Below, piece by piece: positions 11,412 through 23,496 of a stretch of 64,000 bases of DNA. The stretch's first letter is position 1, and each line of letters opens with the position of its first letter. Made by a program: the position numbers and the translations under genes. Source of the DNA: Nemertoderma westbladi (Eukaryota; Animalia; Xenacoelomorpha); contig JAUCBJ010002359.1 of NCBI GenBank assembly GCA_032718475.1, forward strand, positions 1 through 64,000, in the 5' to 3' direction. The notes beneath the pieces are model-generated. The model saw only the letters and a list, made by a program, of their open reading frames with translations. It was not told the DNA's origin and did no database searches.

Positions 11412-13446
11412 TATGAGCAAGGGCGCCAGCAAGTCTCGCACTTATCAAAGAAGTTTCAGCCCCATCAGCTAACAAAGCATATGTCATCACTGACCTACCT
11501 GAAGGGGTGGTCATTCATAGAGGAACATACTGTAGTGTAACAACCTTCAAACCACCATGTAATACTAAACTGTTTACATGTTTATGTTTAGTGTTTCGTT
11601 TCAATGAAGACCTATCACTAGAAAACATCTTAGGGGCACCATGCAAAAGCATATGGTGCCGCTTCTTACAACCTGCAACAAGACAGGGATCTTTGACAGA
11701 GCACTCTGATACCCTATGTCCATGAAGTAAACGAACGAAAACAAAGATAATTATCTTTAACTAGATTAGGGTGCTCATGAAGGGGTTTAGACTTAAACTC
11801 TTTACAGTTAGTCAATGAGTGTGAACCATTACAAATACAACAATTATGTTCATCTACCTTGATTGTTATTGGAATGCTTGACTAGACTGCTTGAACCTGA
11901 TTTACTTAACTTGGACTTATCAGTATCCTTGGTTACTGAGGTTGTACAAATTGTTGGAGTTAACTCAGGTGGTGGTGGTCTTAGTTTTTCTGCATTAACC
12001 TTATTGGATGTAAATGCATGTGACTTACCATGACTTGGCTAGTCAACATTTGGCACTGACTTCACCATACGAGCTGCTAACACCTTGTTATTAACCCACA
12101 CACTGATACCTTTCATAGATGGAACTTCTGGTCTCATTTTAATTACCACATTCCCCCAAGATTCTCTTAATTTTGGAGGTAATTTCTGAACTAAATTAGA
12201 CACATTTATACAAGCATACATACATATCTGAGGTATACAATACAGGGACGGATTAAGGGGGGGGGGGGGGGGGGCAACAGGGGCAGCTGCCGGGGGCCCG
12301 TAAGTTGGAAGGGGCCCGGAAGTTGGGAGAAATTTACCGAACATTATCTCCCTGATAAAACAACCTCATTTATTTATTAATTTCTGGCTGTTCAAAAATA
12401 TTTAGAGTATATCTCACATATAGCACCATTCAGAGCACTGTGTCCCATAGAAAGTTTAAAGTGTTTAAAAAATGTTGAAAGTGTAAAGTAATGCTTGAAG
12501 GAAAACTTTAGCAAAAAAGTAGATTTAAAATAATAGTAAATTATTACTATATTACAATAGCAAAAAAATAGATTTAAACTAATAGTAAATTATTACTGTA
12601 TTACAATTAACATTTAATTTACTTTTCAATTAGATTTATCTGAAATCATTCACGAGGTCAGTAGTCACAAAGCTAGGAAAATGCTTTTTTTAAAGTAATT
12701 GTTGTATCTAATTTATTGATTTACCAATATATTTTAAAAATTATATCCCAATCAAAGTCACACATTATTTTTCAGTATGTCACTAGTCGCTACCCAACGC
12801 GTGTACGCTGTCAGTATGGCAGTCGTTCCTAAATATATAATTGATGTCTTTTGGATGGTGTCATTTTAGGAAAAAATAAATATTATTTAAATAATAAATG
12901 ACTATTATGCGAGGAAAAAAAGTAAGACGAAATCACCGCTTTTTTCACTGATTTTCAATTTAGCGAAATTCAACTATTCTGTCCAAAGTGTTTTCTGTTT
13001 CGTTTTTTATGTCGAATATATTGTTTTATTTGGAAAAAATATCACAAGCGTTACTTATTTTTACCAACGGGGTCTAAAATTTTTTGCAATTGGTTTTTCG
13101 TTTTCGGGGGGGGGGGGGGGGGGGGTCTAGGGGCCCGTAAGTTGCGTTGCGACTGCCAGGGGCCCGAAAATCCATAATCCGTCCCTGGAGGAATAACCAC
13201 ATTTTTCTAGCACAGCCACCACACTGTTAAGTTTCAACGAAAATGTTTTTAATGACTCAGTGTCACCATCTCTAACAGATGGAATAAGGTTTATTTGGTT
13301 GACACACTCACTGCCAACCAAATGACGGTCCCCATATATGCGTCGGGGCTCGTTTAAAGCCTCAACATATAAATCGGGATCATCCAGCAACCCAGCTATA
13401 CTATTTCGGACATTCGCAGAAAGTAGGTTTCTAAGTAAGGCCAATC
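11412..13446 (-). mobile_element. BEL/Pao LTR retrotransposon gag-protease remnant, split by the insertion at 12243-13187
   Basis: ORF pieces ...LYVEALNEPRRIYGDRHLV...LEKCGYSS and MYACINVSNLVQKLPPKLRESW resemble Pao gag. Cys/His knuckle remnants at ~11690-11850; protease-like TYALLADGAETSLIS at ~11440-11485 (catalytic D mutated). Confidence 0.75.
12243..13187. mobile_element. Non-autonomous hAT-like DNA transposon (945 bp)
   Basis: 13-bp perfect TIR CAGGGACGGATTA / TAATCCGTCCCTG, subterminal GGGGCCCG repeats, degenerate 8-bp TSD (GAGGTATA plus 5 nt / GAGGAATA). Confidence 0.8.
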
Positions 13447-14031
13447 TGTGACGGTATCTGAGGATCTCGACCGGTGTTTTCTCGTGTATATACGCGTCGT
13501 CGCGTCCGCCAAGTGTATGGAATAGACTGAAAGGCCGAAGGCTGGTTAAATAACAGAGTTTTGTTTATCGTTATTGATAATGTCTGATATATAAGTACTG
13601 GTATAATACAGCACAATCAGTATAGCACAATGGATAGCAGTAACGACGACCGTTTAAACCGTTTGACTTCTACACTCACTAATAACTAGTAACGGTTATA
13701 TACATATTGATTAGAAGGTTACATCTCTACCTATACTTGACTTACCAATAGATGCGCGCTAATTGATGGTGTGCTGCCCCACCATTGGTGGGTTTACCCT
13801 TTGGCCACTCCCTATTTCCTCTGGCCCTATGCTGGCTTCCCCCTGAAATATGTTGCTATATATCTCCAAATGGCACTATATTGCCCTGTTCCCTTCTGGT
13901 ATGCAATATTATGATGGATAATATTGCATACTTAATCGTAATTCGTAAATCACGATACCCCATTTTCTCACTGGGGGGTGTACAGTGGATTGGATTCGCT
14001 AACACTCCCCCCCCCCCCCATACTATCTTCC
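13447..14031 (-). mobile_element. 3' LTR (13447-14004, TGT...ACA) preceded by a polypurine tract (14005-14031)
   Basis: Minus strand reads GGGAAGATAGTATG(n)AG|TGTTAGCG...GATACCGTCACA; homologous to the LTR at 1-521. Confidence 0.75.
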
Positions 14032-14220
14032 CGGTTAGAAGATAGCGTCAACCTAATAGTGCGCTCCATTCCGCTGGAATCCAATCTAATATTGGATGTG
14101 GGATGGAATACTCTTTTCTGGGCCAGTTTTCCAGACTGGTCCCTCTGGGTCTGGTCTCACTACCCACCCTTGTTACATCTGCGAGCTAAGTTGTACCAAG
14201 GCATTTGGTGTCTCTATTTA

Positions 14221-14599
14221 GGGGCCGTCCAAGTATGACGTCTGCACTTTTCCCCAAAATGTTGACCCCCTCCCTCCCCTAAATCAGATGTCATCAGATA
14301 GGCGTTGACCCCCCCCCCCCCCTCCCCTAAATCAGATTAAAAAAAATTTCGCGTCCTAATCACTGAAACATGGTGACTGGTAACTGAAACAGAAGGTCGT
14401 GCTACGGGCCTTCGGGGGCTTCGAACAATTAAAATAGGCAAGCTATTTACTCTTCTGCTATATCTCTTCTAGCACCTATAAATGAACATGCTGACGTCAG
14501 ATTTTGGCTGACCCCCTCCCCTCCCCTCATCAGCACGTCATCAGATTTTCCCAACCCCCCTCCCCCCCTAAAGTGCTGACGTCATACTTGGACGGCCCC
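14221..14599. mobile_element. PIF/Harbinger-type MITE
   Basis: 30-bp TIR GGGGCCGTCCAAGTATGACGTCWGCACTTT (1 mismatch), flanked by TTA on both sides (14218-14220 and 14600-14602). Confidence 0.88.
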
Positions 14600-15050
14600 T
14601 TAGACGATCGCCTCTCCTCCTCTCTCAATTTTGCTTGGATATTATCATCCAGTTTCTCCACCACCTTCTCACCTCATTAGTCCTAGAGGACTCATACTTC
14701 CACCCGGCTCGCTCCCCACATTTGAATTTCGCGCTCTATACCCTTCCTCAAATTCCCTAGCCTCATCATCGCACCCCCTTTTACTCAACCCCATTTTACT
14801 CTCACTCTCCATACTCATGTCGGGTCCCCACAATCTTGCATACGTGCACTGTATATGCGGTAAGTGGGTCCTTTGTCTCGTCCTCCTGTTTCAGTCAATG
14901 AGTTCCCCGTCCCAGTAGCTAATTGGAAAAGGTCACATCTGACTATTGTATGTACATGGTGTTTATATTTCGAATCTATGTAATATTGCACCTTTCGATT
15001 GATTATAAGTACGTATTAATTTAAGTGAGAGTGTAGAGTCAGGAGAGTGA

Positions 15051-18000
15051 CTCTACTGCTGTACCGTATTGTACAGTGAACCACTCTACTGCTGTACCGT
15101 ATTGTACAGTGAACCACTCTACTGCTGTACCGTATTGTTCAGTGAACCACTCTACTGCTGTACCGTATTGTACAGTGAACCACTCTACTGCTGTACCGTA
15201 TTGTACAGTGAACCACTCTACTGCTGTACCGTATTGTACAGTGAACCACTCTACTGCTGTACCGTATTGTACAGTGAACCACTCTACTGTTGTACCGTAT
15301 TGTACAGTGAACCACTCTACGGCTGTACCGTATTGTACAGTGAACCACTCTACTGCTGTACCGTATTGTACAGTGAACCACTCTACTGTTGTACCGTATT
15401 GTACAGTGAACCACTCTACTGCTGTACCGTATTGTACAGTGAACCACTCTACTGCTGTACCGTATTGTACAGTGAACCACTCTACTGCTGTACCGTATTG
15501 TACAGTGAACCACTCTACTGCTGTACCGTATTGTACAGTGAACCACTCTGCTGCTCGCTGTACCGTATTGTACAGTGAACCACTCTACTGCTGTACCGTA
15601 TTGTACAGTGAACCACTCTACTGCTGTGACCCACTCTACTGCTGTACCGTATTGTACAGTGAACCACTCTGCTGCTGTACCGTATTGTACAGTGAACCAC
15701 TCTACTGCTGTACCGTATTGTTCAGTGAACCACTCTACTGCTGTACCGTATTGTTCAGTGAACCACTCTACTGCTGTACCGTATTGTACAGTGAACCACT
15801 CTACTGCTGTACCGTATTGTACAGTGAACCACTCTACTGCTGTACCGTATTGTACAGTGAACCACTCTACTGCTGTACCGTATTGTACAGTGAACCACTC
15901 TACTGTTGTACCGTATTGTACAGTGAACCACTCTACGGCTGTACCGTATTGTACAGTGAACCACTCTACTGCTGTACCGTATTGTACAGTGAACCACTCT
16001 ACTGTTGTACCGTATTGTACAGTGAACCACTCTACTGCTGTACCGTATTGTACAGTGAACCACTCTACTGCTGTACCGTATTGTACAGTGAACCACTCTA
16101 CTGCTGTACCGTATTGTACAGTGAACCACTCTACTGCTGTACCGTATTGTACAGTGAACCACTCTGCTGCTCGCTGTACCGTATTGTACAGTGAACCACT
16201 CTACTGCTGTACCGTATTGTACAGTGAACCACTCTACTGCTGTGACCCACTCTACTGCTGTACCGTATTGTACAGTGAACCACTCTGCTGCTGTACCGTA
16301 TTGTACAGTGAACCACTCTACTGCTGTACCGTATTGTTCAGTGAACCACTCTACTGCTGTACCGTATTGTACAGTGAACCACTCTACTGCTGTACCGTAT
16401 TGTACAGTTAATCACTCTACTGCTGTGCCGTATTGTACAGTGAACCACTCTACTGCTGTACCGTATTGTACAGAGAACCACTCTACTGCTGTACCGTATT
16501 GTACAGTGAACCACTCTACTGTTGTACCGTATTGTATAGTGAACCACTCTACTGCTGTACCGTATTGTACAGTGAACCACTCTACTGCTGTACCGTATTG
16601 TACAGTGAACCACTCTACTGCTGTGACCCACTCTACTGCTGTACCGTATTGTACAGTGAACCACTCTGCTGCTCGCTGTACCGTATTGTACAGTTAATCA
16701 CCCTACTGCTGTACCGTATTGTACAGTGAACCACTCTACTGCTGTACCGTATTGTACAGTGAACCACTCTACTGCTGTACCGTATTGTACAGTGAACCAC
16801 TCTACTGCTGTACCGTATTGTACAGTGAACCACTCTACTGCTGTACCGTATTGTACAGTGAACCACTCTACTGTTGTACCGTATTGTACAGTGAACCACT
16901 CTACTGCTGTACCGTATTGTACAGTGAACCACTCTACTGCTGTACCGTATTGTACAGTGAACCACTCTACTGCTGTGACCCACTCTACTGCTGTACCGTA
17001 TTGTACAGTGAACCACTCTGCTGCTCGCTGTACCGTATTGTACAGTTAATCACCCTACTGCTGTACCGTATTGTACAGTGAACCACTCTACTGCTGTACC
17101 GTATTGTACAGTGAACCACTCTACTGCTCTATCGTATTGTACAGTTAATCACCCTACTGCTGTACCGTATTGTACGGTGAACCACTCTACTGCTGTATCG
17201 TATTGTACAGTGAACCACTCTACTGCTGTACCGTATTGTACAGTGAACCACTCTACTGCTGTACCGTATTATACAGTGAACCACTCTGCTGCTCGCTGTA
17301 CCGTATTGTACAGTTAATCACTCTACTGCTGTACCGTATTGTACAGTGAACCACTCTACTGCTGTACCGTATTGTTCAGTGAACCACTCTACTGCTGTAC
17401 CGTATTGTACAGTGAACCACTCTACTGCTGTACCGTATTGTACAGTGAGTGAACCACTCTACTGCTGTACCGTATTGTACAGTGAACCACTCTGCTGCTC
17501 GCTGTACCGTATTGTACAGTTAATCACCCTACTGCTGTACCGTATTGTACAGTGAACCACTCTACTGCTGTATCGTATTGTACAGTGAACCACCCTACTG
17601 CTGTTCCGTATTGTACAGTGAACCACTCTACTGCTGTACCGTATTGTACAGTGAACCACTCTACTGCTATACCGTATTGTACAGTGAACCACTCTACTGC
17701 TCTACCGTATTGTACAGTGAACCACTCTACTGCTGTACCGTATTGTTCAGTGAACCACTCTACTGCTGTACCGTATTGTTCAGTGAACCACTCTACTGCT
17801 GTACCGTATTGTACAGTGAACCACTCTACTGCTGTACCGTATTGTACAGTGAACCACTCTACTGCTCTACCGTATTGTACAGTGAACCACTCTGCTGCTC
17901 GCTGTACCGTATTGTACAGTGAACCACTCTACTGCTGTACCGTATTGTACAGTGAACCACTCTACTGCTGTACCGTATTGTACAGTGAACCACTCTACTG

Positions 18001-21000
18001 ATGTACCGTATTGTACAGTGAACCACTCTACTGCTGTACCGTATTGTACAGTGAACCACTCTACTGCTGTACCGTATTGTACAGTGAACCACTCTACTGC
18101 TGTACCGTATTGTACAGTGAACCACTCTACTGCTGTACCGTATTGTACAGTGAACCACTCTACTGCTGTACCGTATTGTACAGTGAACCACTCTACTGCT
18201 GTACCGTATTGTACAGTGAACCACTCTACTGCTGTACCGTATTGTTCAGTGAACCACTCTACTGCTGTACCGTATTGTACAGTGAACCACTCTACTGCTG
18301 TACCGCATTGTACAGTGAACCACTCTACTGCTGTACCGTATTGTACAGTGAACCACTCTGCTGCTCGCTGTACCGTATTGTACAGTTAATCACTCTACTG
18401 CTGTACCGTATTGTACAGTGAACCACTCTACTGCTGTACCGTATTGTACAGTGAACCACTCTACTGCTGTACCGTATTGTTCAGTGAACCACTCTACTGC
18501 TGTACCGTATTGTACAGTGAACCACTCTACTGCTGTACCGTATTGTTCAGTGAACCACTCTACTGCTGTACCGTATTGTACAGTGAACCACTCTACTGCT
18601 GTACCGTATTGTTCAGTGAACCACTCTACTGCTGTACCGTATTGTACAGTGAACCACTCTACTGCTGTACCGTATTGTACAGTGAACCACTCTACTGCTC
18701 TACCGTATTGTACAGTGAACCACTCTGCTGCTCGCTGTACCGTATTGTACAGTGAACCACTCTACTGCTGTACCGTATTGTACAGTGAACCACTCTACTG
18801 CTGTACCGTATTGTACAGTGAACCACTCTACTGCTGTACCGTATTGTTCAGTGAACCACTCTACTGCTGTACCGTATTGTACAGTGAACCACTCTACTGC
18901 TGTACCGTATTGTACAGTGAACCACTCTACTGCTGTACCGTATTGTACAGTGAACCACTCTGCTGCTCGCTGTACCGTATTGTACAGTTAATCACTCTAC
19001 TGCTGTACCGTATTGTACAGTGAACCACTCTACTGATGTACCGTATTGTACAGTGAACCACTCTACTGCTGTACCGTATTGTTCAGTGAACCACTCTACT
19101 GCTGTACCGTATTGTACAGTGAACCACTCTACTGCTGTACCGTATTGTACAGTGAACCACTCTACTGCTGTACCGTGTTGTACAGTTAACCACTCTACTG
19201 CTGTACCGTATTGTACAGTGAACCACTCTACTGCTGTACCGTATTGTACAGTGAACCACTCTACTGCTGTACCGTATTGTACAGTGAACCACTCTGCTGC
19301 TCGCTGTACCGTATTGTACAGTTAATCACCCTACTGCTGTACCGTATTGTACAGTGAACCACTCTACTGCTGTATCGTATTGTACAGTGAACCACCCTAC
19401 TGCTGTACCGTATTGTACAGTGAACCACTCTACTGCTGTACCGTATTGTACAGTGAACCACTCTACTGTTGTACCGTATTGTACAGCGAACCACTCTACT
19501 GCTGTACCGTATTGTACAGTGAACCACTCTACTGTTGTACCGTATTGTACAGTGAACCACTCTACTGCTGTACCGTATTGTACAGTGAACCACTCTGCTG
19601 CTCGCTGTACCGTATTGTTCAGTGAACCACTCTACTGCTGTACCGTATTGTACAGTGAACCACCCTACTGCTGTACCGTATTGTACAGTGAACCACTCTA
19701 CTGCTGTACCGTATTGTACAGTGAACCACTCTACTGTTGTACCGTATTGTACAGTGAACCACTCTACTGTTGTACCGTATTGTACAGTGAACCACTCTGC
19801 TGCTCGCTGTACCGTATTGTACAGTTAATCACCCTACTGCTGTACCGTATTGTACAGTGAACCACTCTACTGCTGTATCGTATTGTACAGTGAACCACCC
19901 TACTGCTGTACCGTATTGTACAGTGAACCACTCTACTGCTGTACCGTATTGTACAGTGAACCACTCTACTGTTGTACCGTATTGTACAGTGAACCACTCT
20001 ACTGCTGTACCGTATTGTACAGTGAACCACTCTACTGCTCTACCGTATTGTACAGTGAACCACTCTACTGCTGTACCGTATTGTTCAGTGAACCACTCTA
20101 CTGCTGTACCGTATTGTACAGTGAACCACTCTGCTGCTCGCTGTACCGTATTGTACAGTTAATCACTCTACTGCTGTACCGTATTGTACAGTGAACCACT
20201 CTACTGCTGTACCGTATTGTACAGTGAACCACTCTACTGCTGTACCGTATTGTACAGTGAACCACTCTACTGTTGTACCGTATTGTACAGTGAACCACTC
20301 TACTGCTGTACCGTATTGTACAGTGAACCACTCTACTGTTGTACCGTATTGTACAGTGAACCACTCTACTGTTGTACCGTATTGTACAGTGAACCACTCT
20401 GCTGCTCGCTGTACCGTATTGTACAGTTAATCACCCTACTGCTGTACCGTATTGTACAGTGAACCACTCTACTGCTGTATCGTATTGTACAGTGAACCAC
20501 CCTACTGCTGTACCGTATTGTACAGTGAACCACTCTACTGCTGTACCGTATTGTACAGTGAACCACTCTACTGCTGTACCGTATTGTACAGTGAACCACT
20601 CTACTGCTGTACCGTATTGTACAGTGAACCACTCTACTGCTGTACCGTATTGTACAGTGAACCACTCTGCTGCTCGCTGTACCGTATTGTTCAGTGAACC
20701 ACTCTACTGCTGTACTGTATTGTACAGTGAACCACTCTACTGTTGTACCGTATTGTACAGTGAACCACTCTACTGTTGTACCGTATTGTACAGTGAACCA
20801 CTCTGCTGCTCGCTGTACCGTATTGTACAGTTAATCACCCTACTGCTGTACCGTATTGTACAGTGAACCACTCTACTGCTGTATCGTATTGTACAGTGAA
20901 CCACCCTACTGCTGTACCGTATTGTACAGTGAACCACTCTACTGCTGTACCGTATTGTACAGTGAACCACTCTACTGTTGTACCGTATTGTACAGTGAAC

Positions 21001-22283
21001 CACTCTACTGCTGTACCGTATTGTACAGTGAACCACTCTACTGCTCTACCGTATTGTACAGTGAACCACTCTACTGCTGTACCGTATTGTTCAGTGAACC
21101 ACTCTACTGCTGTACCGTATTGTACAGTGAACCACTCTGCTGCTCGCTGTACCGTATTGTACAGTTAATCACTCTACTGCTGTACCGTATTGTACAGTGA
21201 ACCACTCTACTGCTGTACCGTATTGTACAGTGAACCACTCTACTGCTGTACCGTATTGTTCAGTGAACCACTCTACTGCTTTACCGTATTGTACAGTGAA
21301 CCACTCTACTGCTGTACCGTATTGTACAGTGAACCACTCTACTGCTGTACCGTATTGTACAGTGAACCACTCTGCTGCTCGCTGTACCGTATTGTACAGT
21401 TAATCACTCTACTGCTGTACCGTATTGTACAGTGAACCACTCTACTGCTGTACCGTATTGTACAGTGAACCACTCTACTGCTGTACCGTATTGTTCAGTG
21501 AACCACTCTACTGCTGTACCGTATTGTACAGTGAACCACTCTACTGCTGTACCGTATTGTACAGTGAACCACTCTACTGCTGTACCGTATTGTACAGTGA
21601 ACCACCCTGCTGCTCGCTGTACCGTATTGTACAGTTAATCACCCTACTGCTGTACCGTATTGTACAGTGAACCACTCTACTGCTGTATCGTATTGTACAG
21701 TGAACCACCCTACTGCTGTACCGTATTGTACAGTGAACCACTCTACTGCTGTACCGTATTGTACAGTGAACCACTCTACTGCTGTACCGTATTGTACAGT
21801 GAACCACTCTACTGCTCTACCGTATTGTACAGTGAACCACTCTACTGCTGTACCGTATTGTTCAGTGAACCACTCTACTGCTGTACCGTATTGTACAGTG
21901 AACCACTCTGCTGCTCGCTGTACCGTATTGTACAGTTAATCACTCTACTGCTGTACCGTATTGTACAGTGAACCACTCTACTGCTGTACCGTATTGTACA
22001 GTGAACCACTCTACTGCTGTACCGTATTGTACAGTGAACCACTCTACTGTTGTACCGTATTGTACAGTGAACCACTCTACTGCTGTACCGTATTGTACAG
22101 TGAGCCACTCTACTGTTGTACCGTATTGTACAGTGAACTACTCTGCTGCTCGCTGTACCGTATTGTACAGTTAATCACCCTACTGCTGTACCGTATTGTA
22201 CAGTGAACCACTCTACTGCTGTATCGTATTGTACAGTGAACCACTCTACTGCTGTACCGTATTGTACAGTGAACCACTCTACT
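15051..22283 (+). repeat. Satellite, 33-bp unit GTGAACCACTCTACTGCTGTACCGTATTGTACA (left block), with 37-bp variants and higher-order blocks
   Basis: Direct periodicity; recurring CTCTGCTGCTCGCTG and GTTAATCAC variants; identical ORFs recur 616 and 1006 bp apart. Confidence 0.98.
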
Positions 22284-23496
22284 TTATAAACTAATTTTTT
22301 ATTATTAATTAATCTTACCGGTAAATTTATTAAATCATGAAAATGAGCAATTATAGACATCTATATTTATAAAAAAAAGAAACACCACAAAACTGCAGAA
22401 CAAAGCATGGTCCCTCCAATCTTACACCACCCGCGCGTCCGCATTGGCTACCAAGATTGAGGTATCGGCCATATTGTGCAGAATGGGTCGCCTTAGTGTC
22501 GATCTGCTTCCGCGAACACACATTATTACTGAACGTAATAAAGCAAAGCTGATTTTGCGGCGAAGCCACTGAATTGCTTCATTGTAGCTGATCTCTCTCT
22601 TCACTGCTAACAAATCAGCGAGACGTTTAGTGAAGATACGTGCACTCCAACCCATTCCTCCAGTAGCCGCTAGAATGAAGGGACAGAACGTTGACATTTC
22701 TACATCCCGAACTCTTTCTTCATATTGGGCCCTCTTTCGGTTCTCGTGATGGGTATAAGCTCTATCGACGCCCAAAGAGGAATTGGATGGTGCTAGGGGG
22801 TTAAATACAGAAACATCAATCAACAGTTTCTCATAACGACCTCCCCAGAAACCACTGACAGATACATCTAACCGAGCACCCTCATCCCTTGTGGTTGTAG
22901 AGCGATGGAATGTTTCCCCAGTGATTGGTTGGAGTACAGGCTCGATTGAGATATCATGGGCAACCTCGGTTAATGTGTTGGCGATGAAATCTCTGATTTC
23001 ATTGTGACGGACCGACGGAAAACCACCTGTGGGGCACGATAAAACGTGGTTTACTGTGAACCGCGCCCCACAGGCACATTCCGCCGGTGTCGCCTGCAAC
23101 TGCCATCCGAACCTAAGCTGGATCGCATCCCTGAACTCTGACTTTGTGAGGTGATAGTTGTGCTGGGTTGATGGTCTGGTGTTGAGCCAAGCCGATGCCC
23201 CCTTCTGTGAAGATAAGATTCGTAGTTGTTCCTGAACTGGGGATATTGCGACCTGTATACTTTGTATTTCTTCTGCGACCCTTATGTTTTGCTCCGATTT
23301 GATAGCTTTGGATGTTTCTTTCTGTTTTTCCCTGACATCGGCCATTGTATCTGTTGGAAGTCGCTCCATCAATGGCTCACTGATGGCTCTTGAGTTATCG
23401 TATTCCTTACTAAGATCTGATGGAATGGGTATGCCTAGTCCTCCCAATCTTGTTGGCAGCGCTATTAGTTTCTGTTCGGTTTCAGATAAGTTGTAC
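22284..23496 (-). mobile_element. 5'-truncated non-LTR retrotransposon with restriction-like endonuclease, CRE/Cnl1-like
   Basis: Uninterrupted frame 23496-22422: LPTRLGGLGIP, GASAWL, EFRDAIQLRFG, zinc knuckle CACG..HVLSC, RHNEIRD, RLDV..IDVSVFNP..HENRKRAQY. Short 3' UTR with AATAAA. Confidence 0.88.
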
